From Gemmatimonadales bacterium (GTDB taxonomy: Bacteria; Gemmatimonadota; Gemmatimonadetes; Gemmatimonadales; GWC2-71-9): DNA of 64,000 nt. The stretch is from NCBI GenBank assembly GCA_035711365.1, contig DASTCF010000195.1, forward strand, positions 6,644-70,643, in the 5' to 3' direction. The notes below the pieces were generated by a model. The model was not told where the DNA came from and did no database searches. It saw only the letters and a program-made list of their open reading frames with translations. Positions 31,742 through 40,854 of the stretch are shown piece by piece. Every line of letters starts with the position of its first letter. Position 1 is the first letter of the stretch. Position numbers and translations under genes: made by a program.

Positions 31742-32099
31742 AGGGTGACCCCCGTTACAAGCCATTCCGAGTGCCGATTGAGCTGATTATTTCGCAACTC
31801 GGGTGCCACTATGAAAACCCCCCTCGAACTCTGGAGGTTCCGCCGCCGGGCGAGCCGGGCAGTCGTCATGGAACCCACGGTGCGGCTTGATGTTAGGGGC
31901 CGATCATCAATTCACCGTCAAGCCGGCCGGTCGTCTCCGGCAAGTGACACTGCCCACCTGGACGGGACAGCGTGGTCCCAACTTCGGGGCGTTGCGCCCG
32001 GGAAACGTCCGCTGCCACATCCGCGCAACGCTGTACCAAAAGACCCGTTCAGGTGCCGGAGAGTTCCGCAGGTGCCGCATGTGGGCGCCCACTCAGGAA

Positions 32100-33449
32100 T
32101 CAGGCGAGTCCCGTCCCGACGGCGACCCCAAGTGCAGCGAGTGCCAGCAGCGCGAGCAGTGCCAGCACCGGGCCGACGAATCGCACCCAGGCCTCGAGCC
32201 GAACTCCGGTGGCCGCGACCATGGCGACGAGGGCGCCGTTGGTGGGGACGATCAGGTCTGCGAGCCCGGCGCCGTACTGGTAGGCGAGTACCGTGACCTG
32301 GCGCGAGAGCCCCAGAAGATCGGAAAGTGGAACCAGGATCGGCATCGTCAGCACCGCCTGGCCGCTGGTGCTGGGAACCGGGATGTGAAGCAGGCCGTGT
32401 AGTCCCATCATCGCAAACGCCGTCAGGGTGACCGGGAAATCCGCGATGGGCGTGAAGAGACCCTGAACGAGCGTGTCGACGATCTGTCCCTGATCCATCA
32501 CGAGGTAGATGGCGCGCGCGAAACCGATCAACAGGGCCGCGTAGGCCATCGAGCGAAACCCGTCGATGAAGGCCTCGGCCGTGCCCTCGAGCTTGAGGCC
32601 ACCGATTAGGCCGGCCGTCACACCCATCGTGAAGAAGAGGGCGGACATCTGGTCGAAGTCCCACCCGTAGCGCAGGACTCCGACGACGAATGTGACGAAC
32701 GCGAGGAGGACCAGGATGAGAATGACGGCCTGGCGACGTCCCGTCGTACGGTGTCCGGCCGGCGCTTCTCCGACACGTGCGGCCGGGGCACTCCTCGTCC
32801 GGGCCGCGTAACGCATTGTCCACCAGATCCAGATGGCGAGCGCGGGCACCAGGGCCGCCAGGCGGAACTCCCACCCCGAGAGCAGGGCCACACCCGCCAC
32901 CTTCTGAGCGATTCCGACCAGGAACGGATCGATCGGACTGAACGCGGCTCCGACAATCGCGGCCCCGATGCTCATCGCGACAGCCGTCACGCGGTCAAAG
33001 CCGAGCCGGAGGACGAGCAGGACCAGGAGCGGCGCGAAGGCGATCAACTCTTCCTGCATCTGGATCAGCACGCCGCCGGTGGCGAACACGATGCAGGAAA
33101 CCGGGATCACCAGGCTGTCGCGCCCGCGGAGGACGCGAACCAGCCCGTCGAGCACCGTCTGGAAAACGCCGGTGCGCTCGACAACGGCCCAGGCCGCCCC
33201 AACGAGGAAAACGAGGAAGATGACGGAACCGGCGTCCGCCATCCCCTTGGGGATGGCGACCAACGCACCCAGTGGGGACACCGGTGTCGGGTCTACGTGC
33301 GAAAATGTGCCGGCGACTACCACCTGGCGGCCGGTGGCCGGATCGTCGCGCCGCTGATACCGGCCGGCCGGCACCACATAAGTCAGCGCCGCGGCGACCA
33401 GCACGAACCCGACCAGCAGGACCAGCGGATGCGGAATGCGAAGCCGCAC
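32100..33449 (-). CDS. YfcC/DcuC-family membrane transporter
   Basis: 449 aa, polytopic. The N-terminal segment (HPLVLLVGFVLVAAALTYVVPAGRYQR) is typical of YfcC-like carriers. Confidence 0.85.
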   Translation of the reverse strand: MRLRIPHPLVLLVGFVLVAAALTYVVPAGRYQRRDDPATGRQVVVAGTFSHVDPTPVSPLGALVAIPKGMADAGSVIFLVFLVGAAWAVVERTGVFQTVLDGLVRVLRGRDSLVIPVSCIVFATGGVLIQMQEELIAFAPLLVLLVLRLGFDRVTAVAMSIGAAIVGAAFSPIDPFLVGIAQKVAGVALLSGWEFRLAALVPALAIWIWWTMRYAARTRSAPAARVGEAPAGHRTTGRRQAVILILVLLAFVTFVVGVLRYGWDFDQMSALFFTMGVTAGLIGGLKLEGTAEAFIDGFRSMAYAALLIGFARAIYLVMDQGQIVDTLVQGLFTPIADFPVTLTAFAMMGLHGLLHIPVPSTSGQAVLTMPILVPLSDLLGLSRQVTVLAYQYGAGLADLIVPTNGALVAMVAATGVRLEAWVRFVGPVLALLALLALAALGVAVGTGLA

Positions 33450-33452
33450 GGA

Positions 33453-33722
33453 TCAGAGAGCCCGGCAGGTCTTTACGACCGGCACGGCGTTCCCGCAGGC
33501 GATGGACTCGTCCATCCCGCTGCTGATGGGGCCGCACGCCGTGCTTTGCGCGTGCCGTACCGCCTCCCCCTCGTTCTCGGCGGAGGCGGTGGCGGTGTTG
33601 GTCTGCCCCTGGAACTCAATCGTGACGGTGCACTCGATGTTCTGGCTGCTCAGTGTTGAATAGAGGAGCAACGCGAAGAACGCGGCCGCGATGCCGATGG
33701 TGATAAGGGTGCTCCGCTTCAT
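33453..33722 (-). CDS. small membrane-anchored protein with four Cys (89 aa), unknown function
   Basis: Internal ATG 33722 of ORF 33453..33857 (MKRSTLITIGIAAAFFALLLY...). ATGA overlap with the Yip1 gene stop, and a 3-nt gap to the yfcC-like start. Confidence 0.55.
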   Translation of the reverse strand: MKRSTLITIGIAAAFFALLLYSTLSSQNIECTVTIEFQGQTNTATASAENEGEAVRHAQSTACGPISSGMDESIACGNAVPVVKTCRAL

Positions 33723-34456
33723 CCGGCCATCCGCATCGCCCCGATGAGGCTGGGCAGGCCGCCGACGAGCCACACAATCGCCGCGGCAATGAACGCCTTG
33801 CTCATCGGGACCTTGCCGGTGACCCTGAGACCGATCGCCAGGAGCACGGTGACCCACAATGTGAAGACGTCGGCCCGAAGCAGGAGCGCCGAGAGGACAG
33901 GGGAGGCGGTATTGGGGTCGAAGAACCGGGCGGGGCCAAGCGAGACCGCGCCCCGGCCGGTGAGCTGCTCCTCGGGCAGGAAGAGGGCCTGTGCGGCCTC
34001 GACGAGTCGCTCGACGATGCGCGGGGAGAAGCTGTACGCGGTGACCATGCAGGCGGCGCCGAGCGTCTGGACCGCGCCGACCAGCTTGCCCGCCATCCAG
34101 AGCACGAGCCCGACGAGCAGGATCGCCACCGGCACCCCCAGGACGATCATGATGCTGGCGAAGCGCTCCTGGAACGCCTTGCCGCTCGCGAGCTGCTCCG
34201 GGGTGAGTTGGGGGTTCTGCTCCATCACCCTGGCGATCGCGCGATTATACTCGGCGTCCATGATCGGCTGCATGGCGCCCCTGAACGCCAGGAAGAGCAC
34301 GGCGATGGCGACCGTGACCACGAGGAGCGGCAGCCAGAACCCGGATGCCTTCCGGCGCTCGAAGACGGCCGCCGGATTGATGAAGATTTCGAGGAAGTCC
34401 TCCCACAGGGAGGCCCGCTCGGGAGGCTTCGTCTGGCCGGTCGGGGGTTCGGTCAT
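33719..34456 (-). CDS. Yip1-domain membrane protein
   Basis: 245 aa. The N-terminal block LWEDFLEIFINPAAVFERRK is followed by five hydrophobic helices. Confidence 0.75.
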   Translation of the reverse strand: MTEPPTGQTKPPERASLWEDFLEIFINPAAVFERRKASGFWLPLLVVTVAIAVLFLAFRGAMQPIMDAEYNRAIARVMEQNPQLTPEQLASGKAFQERFASIMIVLGVPVAILLVGLVLWMAGKLVGAVQTLGAACMVTAYSFSPRIVERLVEAAQALFLPEEQLTGRGAVSLGPARFFDPNTASPVLSALLLRADVFTLWVTVLLAIGLRVTGKVPMSKAFIAAAIVWLVGGLPSLIGAMRMAG

Positions 34457-34469
34457 CGCTCACTCCTCA

Positions 34470-34793
34470 TCAGGAAGTGGTCTCGGACGCGATCCAGCGA
34501 AGGTACTCCGCGCTGCCCGCCACGATGGGGAGCGCGATGATCTCCGGATTCCGGTAGCCGTGAAGTTCACGCACCCGCGCCTCGAGCGCCGCGGCCCGGG
34601 CCCGGGTGGTCTTGAGGTGGCAATACCACTCGGCGGCGTGCTCGAGCCGGCCTTCCCACCGATATACGGATGCGATCGGCCCCTGGACCTGTGCGCACGC
34701 GGCCAGCCGCCGCTCAACCGCGTCCTCTGCGATCCGATCCGCCTCCTCCCGCGAGGCTGCGGTCACGGTCACCTGGACGCAGTCGGGATTCAC
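34470..34793 (-). CDS. cutA: divalent-cation tolerance protein CutA
   Basis: ORF 34470..34985. I set the start to GTG 34793 (VNPDCVQVTVTAASREEADRIA..RRLAACAQV..YRWEG), which overlaps the upstream stop (GTGA). Confidence 0.8.
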   Translation of the reverse strand: MNPDCVQVTVTAASREEADRIAEDAVERRLAACAQVQGPIASVYRWEGRLEHAAEWYCHLKTTRARAAALEARVRELHGYRNPEIIALPIVAGSAEYLRWIASETTS

Positions 34794-35182
34794 CGGGCCG
34801 GTGCCGCCGCCGCGATCCCGGGAGTTTCCGCGCCGCGGCGACCGTCGTCGATCGGCATCACCGCCGTCCGCCAGCCGCTCTTGAACTGCACCGTGAGCCG
34901 GTGACCCAGCGTGTCGGCGACGACAGTCGCGACATCGGGAAGGGTCCTGGCGTAGGCGACTGCCGCGTCGGCCTGCGCGGCCCAATCGGCAGGCGTGGAA
35001 CCCCGATAGGCGACGGCAAACTCGCGCCCGATCGCGACCGCCTGCGCCTGTTCCTTCCCGTACCGCGCGAATTGGTCCGGCGGCACGAGGCCGTCCTGAG
35101 ACACGACCGGCGAGTACTCGTCGTAGCTCGGGCAGGCGGTAGTGGCGATTGCCAGGAGCAGGAGCGGAATCAGGCGTCGCAT
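34790..35182 (-). CDS. lipoprotein of unknown function
   Basis: 130 aa. Signal peptide plus lipobox LLAIATTA/C. Confidence 0.6.
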   Translation of the reverse strand: MRRLIPLLLLAIATTACPSYDEYSPVVSQDGLVPPDQFARYGKEQAQAVAIGREFAVAYRGSTPADWAAQADAAVAYARTLPDVATVVADTLGHRLTVQFKSGWRTAVMPIDDGRRGAETPGIAAAAPAR

Positions 35183-35257
35183 TGCGGCGTTCCCGGAACT
35201 GAGTTCATCGATTCGTGGAAGGGTTCCCGGCGCAACCGGCGGCCGGTACCTTGTGAG

Positions 35258-36010
35258 ATGCCTAAGACATTACCGCCGAAGACCCCACTCCGGCTAGTGA
35301 TCCTGGCCCTGTTCCTGTTCGCGCAGCGGCCGGTCCCGGTGCAGGCCCAGACGCCCGTTCCTCCCCATTCGATCCAGTGGTGGGAAGCTGGCCTCGCCGT
35401 TGGCGGCGTCACCGCATTGATTCTGGTGGACCAGTCGGTGAAGGACTGGGCCCAGGACCGGCGCAGCCAGAGCACGGACGATGCGGCGGATTTCTTCCGG
35501 CACGTCGGCCAACCGGAAGTCTGGGCCGCGGTGCCCGCGGTGATCGTCGGCGCAGGGCTGATCACGGGAAGTGAGCATACGACCGCCGTGGGAGCCCGGG
35601 CCCTCGGCTCGGCGCTGCTGTCGGGCGCGGTGGAGGTCTCACTCAAGATCGCACTCGGGCGCCGCCGGCCGAACGAACCCAACGTCGGCGTGTGGGACTT
35701 CATTCCCTTCAGCGGCAACGAGTCGATGCCGTCCGGGCATACGACGCTGGCGTTCGCCTTCGCGGCGAGCCTGGCCGATGATCTCGATCCCGTCTGGGCC
35801 AAAGTGGGACTCTATACCCTGGCCGCCGGCACCGGCTGGACCCGGCTCAACGACAATAAGCACTGGTTCAGCGATGTCGTGGGCGGGGCGATCGTCGGCA
35901 TCACCTCTGCGAAGCTGGTGAGCGGCCGGTGGCAGGTGTTCGGCATTCAGACGCCGGCCATTTTCGTCAGCGATCGCGGCACCACGCTAAGCTGGCACGC
36001 CACTTTCTGA
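35258..36010 (+). CDS. PAP2-family phosphatase
   Basis: ATG 35258 within ORF 34670..36010. Signal peptide plus acid-phosphatase motifs KIALGRRRP, PSGH and TRLNDNKHWFSDV. Confidence 0.85.
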   Translation: MPKTLPPKTPLRLVILALFLFAQRPVPVQAQTPVPPHSIQWWEAGLAVGGVTALILVDQSVKDWAQDRRSQSTDDAADFFRHVGQPEVWAAVPAVIVGAGLITGSEHTTAVGARALGSALLSGAVEVSLKIALGRRRPNEPNVGVWDFIPFSGNESMPSGHTTLAFAFAASLADDLDPVWAKVGLYTLAAGTGWTRLNDNKHWFSDVVGGAIVGITSAKLVSGRWQVFGIQTPAIFVSDRGTTLSWHATF

Positions 36011-36024
36011 CCCCCGGGATCGTT

Positions 36025-37002
36025 TTGCGCCACCCCCCTCGCTTCACATCGCTTCTCCTGGCCGGCTGCCTGTCCCTGGCCGGCGCGACGATTGCGCGCG
36101 GGCAGGCTCCGGTTCGCGGGCCGCTCGTCGTGTTCAACGCCGGGAGTCTCGCCCTCCCGTTCAACCGCCTGCTCAACACCTTCGCATCGCTGCACCCCGA
36201 GGTGGTGCCGGCGCAGGAGAACTCGGGAAGCCTCGAAGCGGCGCGAAAACTCACCGAACTCGGGAAGATCCCGGACGTGCTCGGTGTGGCCGACTATGGA
36301 GTCATTCCCGCGTTGCTCGTCCCGCGGCATGCCGATTGGTATGCGACCTTCGCGGCCAATGCGATGGTGCTGGTGTACACGGCCCAGTCCATCGGCGCCG
36401 GCGAGGTCAACGGCACGAACTGGCCGGACATTCTCCTCCGGCCCGATGTCCGCTGGGGCCACGCCGATCCCGCGCTCGATCCCAACGGGTACCGCACCCT
36501 GATGGTCTTCCAGCTCGCCGAGCGCCACTACCGGCGGCCCGGGCTCGCCGCTCGCCTCGATGCCGCCATCCCGCCGCGCTACATCCGGCCCAAGGAGTCG
36601 GACCTCACCGCACTGGTGCAGGTGGGCGAGCTGGACTACGCATGGTCGTACCTCTCGATCGCCCGAACGAGCGGCCTCCTGCACGTCGATCTGCCCAGGG
36701 AGATCGACCTGAGCGACCCCGTGCGGGCCGGCGAGTACGCACATGCCCGGGTGCGGCTTCCGGGGGCGTCCCGCACCGCGGGGGACTCGGTGGAATTCCG
36801 GGGCGATCCGATCGTCTACGCGCTCACGATCCCGAAGGGCGCGCCGCACCCGGCGGCCGCAGAAGCGTTTGTGGCTTTCGTGCTTTCGGCTGATGGGAGG
36901 CGGATCCTCGCGGAGACCGGGCTCACGCCGCTCGCCACTCCGCGCCTCGGCGGGCCCGGACAGCCTCCATTATCTTTGCGGCGACTTCTGACCACCGAGT
37001 AA
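36025..37002 (+). CDS. periplasmic substrate-binding protein, molybdate/tungstate-type (orphan)
   Basis: ORF 35929..37002. I chose TTG 36025 as the probable start to avoid the PAP2 overlap; it precedes signal-like LLLAGCLSLAGATIARGQA. Family blocks VFNAGSL and DPNGYRT. No permease or ATPase gene is adjacent. Confidence 0.72.
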   Translation: MRHPPRFTSLLLAGCLSLAGATIARGQAPVRGPLVVFNAGSLALPFNRLLNTFASLHPEVVPAQENSGSLEAARKLTELGKIPDVLGVADYGVIPALLVPRHADWYATFAANAMVLVYTAQSIGAGEVNGTNWPDILLRPDVRWGHADPALDPNGYRTLMVFQLAERHYRRPGLAARLDAAIPPRYIRPKESDLTALVQVGELDYAWSYLSIARTSGLLHVDLPREIDLSDPVRAGEYAHARVRLPGASRTAGDSVEFRGDPIVYALTIPKGAPHPAAAEAFVAFVLSADGRRILAETGLTPLATPRLGGPGQPPLSLRRLLTTE

Positions 37003-37009
37003 CGAGTAT

Positions 37010-38629
37010 ATGAACAAGATCCCGACGCCGCGGAATGAGCCCGTCCTTTCCTACGCCCCGGGGGCGCCGGAGCGCACCGCGCTCAAGGCCGAGCTCGCAC
37101 GCCAGAGCCGGGAGGCGATCGAGATTCCGGTGGTGGTTGGCGGCCGGGAGATCCGGACGGGGCGGACGATCAATGTCGTGGCGCCGCACAACCACAAGCA
37201 CGTGCTGGCGAAAGTGCACCAGGCGGACGCCGCCCTTATTCGCGAGGCGGCCGACACGGCGGTGGAGGCCCAGCGCGCATGGGCGGCGATGCGCTTCGAG
37301 GATCGCGCGGCGGTGTTCCTCAAGGCGGCCGACCTTCTCGCCGGCCCGTGGCGGCCGGTGGTGAATGCGGCCACGATGCTCGGCCAGAGCAAGACCGCGT
37401 TTCAGGCCGAAATTGACAGCGCGTGTGAGCTGATCGACTTCTGGCGATTCAATGTCCACTACGCGGAGCGCCTGTACCAGGAGCAGCCGATCTCTTCGCC
37501 GGGCGTGTGGAACCGGATGGACCACCGGCCGCTCGAAGGGTTCGTCTACGCGATCACGCCCTTCAACTTCACGGCGATCGGCGGAAACCTCCCCACGACG
37601 CCCGCCATCCTGGGCAACGTGGTGGTGTGGAAGCCGGCGTCATCGGCCACGCTCAGCAACTGGTACATCTACAAGTTGCTCGAGGCTGCCGGCCTTCCGC
37701 CTGGAGTCATCAATTTCGTTCCCGGAAGTGCGGCCGAGGTCTCGAACACCCTGCTGGCGCACCGACACCTGGCCGGAATCCACTTCACCGGCAGCACCGA
37801 GGTCTTCCAGTCGTTGTGGCAGACGGTGGGGCAGAACCTGGCGAATTACGCCGCGTACCCGCGCCTCGTGGGCGAGACCGGCGGGAAGGATTTCGTCATC
37901 GCCCACCCGAGCGCCGATCCCGAGGCATTGGCCGTCGCGCTCGTTCGGGGCGCCTTCGAATACCAGGGCCAGAAGTGCAGCGCCGCCTCGCGCGCGTACG
38001 TGCCGGACAACCTCTGGCCCGCCGTACGCCAGAAGATGCTCCACATGTTGGCGGACATCAGGATGGGAGACGTCGCCGATTTCCGGAATTTCATGGGCGC
38101 CGTGATCGACCGGAAGGCCTTCATCAAGATCCGGGAGTATCTCGAGGAAGCGCGGAGTGCGCCCGGGGTGGAGATCCTGGCCGGCGGCGGCTCCGACGAC
38201 AGCACCGGGTATTTCATCCAGCCAACGCTGCTCGAGGTCCGGGATCCGAAATACCGCACAATGTGCGAGGAGATCTTCGGGCCTGTGCTCACGCTGTATG
38301 TCTATCCGGAGGCGGAGTGGCGGGAAACGCTGGCCCTGGTGGACAGCACCAGCCCGTACGCGCTGACCGGGGCGGTCTTCGCCCAGGACCGGGCGGCGCT
38401 GGCGGAGGCGGAGCTGGTACTGCGGAACGCGGCGGGGAACTTCTACCTCAACGACAAGCCAACCGGCGCCGTGGTGGGGCAGCAGCCCTTCGGAGGCGCC
38501 CGGGCCAGCGGCACAAACGACAAGGCGGGCTCCATCCTCAACCTCATGCGGTGGATCTCACCGCGGAGCATCAAGGAGACGTTCGAGCCGCCAAAGGAAT
38601 ATCGATACCCGTTTATGGATGGAGAATGA
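37010..38629 (+). CDS. pruA: L-glutamate gamma-semialdehyde (1-pyrroline-5-carboxylate) dehydrogenase
   Basis: 539 aa. Aldehyde dehydrogenase fold with the catalytic region ETGGKDF..GQKCSA and P5CDH-type termini. Confidence 0.92.
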   Translation: MNKIPTPRNEPVLSYAPGAPERTALKAELARQSREAIEIPVVVGGREIRTGRTINVVAPHNHKHVLAKVHQADAALIREAADTAVEAQRAWAAMRFEDRAAVFLKAADLLAGPWRPVVNAATMLGQSKTAFQAEIDSACELIDFWRFNVHYAERLYQEQPISSPGVWNRMDHRPLEGFVYAITPFNFTAIGGNLPTTPAILGNVVVWKPASSATLSNWYIYKLLEAAGLPPGVINFVPGSAAEVSNTLLAHRHLAGIHFTGSTEVFQSLWQTVGQNLANYAAYPRLVGETGGKDFVIAHPSADPEALAVALVRGAFEYQGQKCSAASRAYVPDNLWPAVRQKMLHMLADIRMGDVADFRNFMGAVIDRKAFIKIREYLEEARSAPGVEILAGGGSDDSTGYFIQPTLLEVRDPKYRTMCEEIFGPVLTLYVYPEAEWRETLALVDSTSPYALTGAVFAQDRAALAEAELVLRNAAGNFYLNDKPTGAVVGQQPFGGARASGTNDKAGSILNLMRWISPRSIKETFEPPKEYRYPFMDGE

Positions 38630-38633
38630 AGCA

Positions 38634-38696
38634 AGGACTGAGGTGCGAGGACTGAGGGCGAATTGGAAGCCTCCTCAGTCCCCAGTCCTCAGTCCT
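38634..38696. terminator. bidirectional two-helix hairpin between convergent pruA and the amidohydrolase gene
   Basis: AGGACTGAGG..GGACTGAGG / CCTCAGTCC..CCTCAGTCCT. Two helices of 9-10 bp are separated by a 5x5 internal loop. The right arm overlaps the last amidohydrolase codons. Confidence 0.5.
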
Positions 38697-39996
38697 CGTC
38701 ACTCTTAACAATTTCTCCCCCTTTCATCACCCACCCCACCCGCTGCAGCGCCTTGATGTCCTGCAGCGGGTCCTCGCGGACGGCGATAAGATCCGCCCAG
38801 TGGCCGGGCGCGACCGCGCCGAGATTCGCGGACTCGCCCAGGAGCTCGGCCGCGGTGGCGGTGGCTGACTTGATCGCCCGCATCGGCGTCATGCCATACC
38901 GCACCATGTAATCGAGCTCCTGCGCCTGGTTCTCGGTCCAGGCATACCCACCGGCGTCGGTCCCGTAGGCGATCTTCACGCCGCGCTTGAGCGCCTCCCC
39001 GAAGGCCTTCCGCTCGATCTCCACCATCTTCGGCCAGATGCCGCCGCGCCCCTCGGCCACGTACGCGCCCACGAAGATCGTGGGACACCAGTAGACGTTC
39101 TGCTTCACCATGCGGTCCATGAGGTCCGGTGTCAGGCCGTCGCCGTGCTCGATCGAGTTGAACCCCGCCCGGAGCGCCGCGTCGATGCCGTCCCAGCCGA
39201 TCGCATGCGCCGCGGCCGGCCTGCCGAGCCGGTGCGCCTCGTCCACGAACATCTTCAGCTCGTCGTCCGTGAAATTCAGCCGGCTGCGCAGGCGGCCGTC
39301 CTCCGCGAGATAATAGCGCCGGTCCACGTAGACCTTGATCCAGTCGGCGCCGTACTTCACCTGCTCGCGCACGCCCTTCCGGATTTCCTCCGGCCCGTCC
39401 ACGATCTGCACGCCGCTCGGGACCGTGAGCTCCCAGGAGTACCCGCTGAGCGGGTACATCCCCGTGGCGCTGAACGCGCGCGTGGCCACGAAGAGTCGCG
39501 GGCCCGGCAGGACGCCCCGCGCGAAGGCGCGCTTCAGGTCCACGTCCGCGTACATGGCACCCTCGGTCTCGAGATCGCGCAGAGTGGTGAACCCGTTCAT
39601 CAGGGCGGTGTGGCCGGCGGCGGCCCCGCGGAGCGCGCGGTACGGGGTCGATTCCTTGAGGACCTGTTCGTCGTATTCCTCCTGGGTGATGTCGCCCTGC
39701 AGGAGAAGGTGGGTGTGGGCATCGATGAGCCCGGGCAGCACTGTCATGCCGCTCAGGTCGATTAGCCGTGCGCTCCCCTGCCTGGCCGAGAGTTCCTTCC
39801 AGGAACCGACGGCGGCGATCCGGCCATCCTCGATCAGGATACCCTGGTCCTGCCGCGCCTCGTCCGCGATGCCATCGATGAGTCGGCCGGCGTGAACCAG
39901 CACGCGGACCGGTGCGGCGGCCGGGGTCTGGGCGGCGAGCGCGGCCGCCGTGACGAGGAACAGAGCAGTACAATGAGCGATGCGACGGGCCGGCAT
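38689..39996 (-). CDS. secreted amidohydrolase-family protein
   Basis: ATG 39996 within ORF 38689..40431, with GGAG 6 nt upstream. Signal peptide AAALAAQ. Metal-binding LIDAHTHL, plus HAIG and GTDAG blocks. Confidence 0.85.
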   Translation of the reverse strand: MPARRIAHCTALFLVTAAALAAQTPAAAPVRVLVHAGRLIDGIADEARQDQGILIEDGRIAAVGSWKELSARQGSARLIDLSGMTVLPGLIDAHTHLLLQGDITQEEYDEQVLKESTPYRALRGAAAGHTALMNGFTTLRDLETEGAMYADVDLKRAFARGVLPGPRLFVATRAFSATGMYPLSGYSWELTVPSGVQIVDGPEEIRKGVREQVKYGADWIKVYVDRRYYLAEDGRLRSRLNFTDDELKMFVDEAHRLGRPAAAHAIGWDGIDAALRAGFNSIEHGDGLTPDLMDRMVKQNVYWCPTIFVGAYVAEGRGGIWPKMVEIERKAFGEALKRGVKIAYGTDAGGYAWTENQAQELDYMVRYGMTPMRAIKSATATAAELLGESANLGAVAPGHWADLIAVREDPLQDIKALQRVGWVMKGGEIVKSDED

Positions 39997-40063
39997 GGGA
40001 GGCTCCTGAGGGCGAACGGTGTGCGGATGGACAGGGCGCAACGTTGCACTCACATTGGGCCTG

Positions 40064-40843
40064 ATGCAAGTCGCGCGGGCCGCATTCGCCTTCTCGCTTG
40101 CCGTCGTCGCGCCGCTCGGGGCGCAGGCGCCGGCGTACGACGGCACAACGCTCGCCTGCGGCCGATTTCGCGAATCGGTCCGGGGCACGTTGCAGGGGAA
40201 CCTCGGCGGCGGCGCCCGGAGCGAGCGGGTCGGCCGGGAGGGAGTGCTCGAAATCCGGGCGGCGTCAGCCGGAGGATTGGTGGTGCTCGAGACCTGGTAC
40301 GATTCGCTGTCGGTGTATCGCGAGGGACCGGAAGGACGATACGAGCCTGAAGCGGCCGGAATGATCGGCGGCCGGTACCGCGGGCGGATCGAATCGGACG
40401 GCAGGTACCAGCCTGTTGCCAGCCCGTTCATTCCGGATGGGGTCCGTGAAGTTTTCGATCTCTCGAGCCTGATGCAGGACTTTCTTCCGCCGCTCCCCCC
40501 GCGCCCGCTGGCATCTGGAGGCGAGTGGAGCGGCGGGGCAGGGGAGACGATCTGGCGGCTCGCGGACAGTGCGACCGCCGCGGGCCCGATCGAGCGCTAC
40601 CGCTGGGCCCGGCGGACGGAATGGACCGACACGCTGCGGGAGGCGGGACCCGCGATACCGGTGCTCCGCCGTGAGGCCGATGAGGGCGGCATGATGTGGA
40701 AGCCTGCGGTGGGCCCGCTCGGGTGGCACCGGACCATCCGCGCCGAGGCGCTGCTGCAGGGTGAGGCCGGGGGCCGGACGACCGTGACCCAAGAGGTGAC
40801 TGTTCTGCGGATACGAAGCGCCTGCCAGCCCGCCTCGCGTTGA
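40064..40843 (+). CDS. secreted hypothetical protein
   Basis: ATG 40064 within ORF 40019..40843. Signal peptide MQVARAAFAFSLAVVAPLGAQA. I recognise no domain. Confidence 0.55.
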   Translation: MQVARAAFAFSLAVVAPLGAQAPAYDGTTLACGRFRESVRGTLQGNLGGGARSERVGREGVLEIRAASAGGLVVLETWYDSLSVYREGPEGRYEPEAAGMIGGRYRGRIESDGRYQPVASPFIPDGVREVFDLSSLMQDFLPPLPPRPLASGGEWSGGAGETIWRLADSATAAGPIERYRWARRTEWTDTLREAGPAIPVLRREADEGGMMWKPAVGPLGWHRTIRAEALLQGEAGGRTTVTQEVTVLRIRSACQPASR

Positions 40844-40854
40844 GCCGCATCCGC

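Noticed and set aside
31811-32296. A 161-aa plus-strand ORF starting in the large 31742-32099 spacer.
   Set aside because: Third-position G/C bias drops well below that of neighbouring genes. The product is Arg/Pro-rich, and the ORF continues antisense into the yfcC-like gene.
38689-40431. Long N-terminal extensions given by the ORF track for several genes (38689..40431, 43574..45238, 5291..6532, 49462..50613, 34670..36010, 34470..34985).
   Set aside because: The extensions are Arg/Pro/Ser-rich, overlap neighbouring genes and precede obvious signal peptides or family N-termini. I therefore used internal starts that have SD-like boxes or start/stop overlaps.
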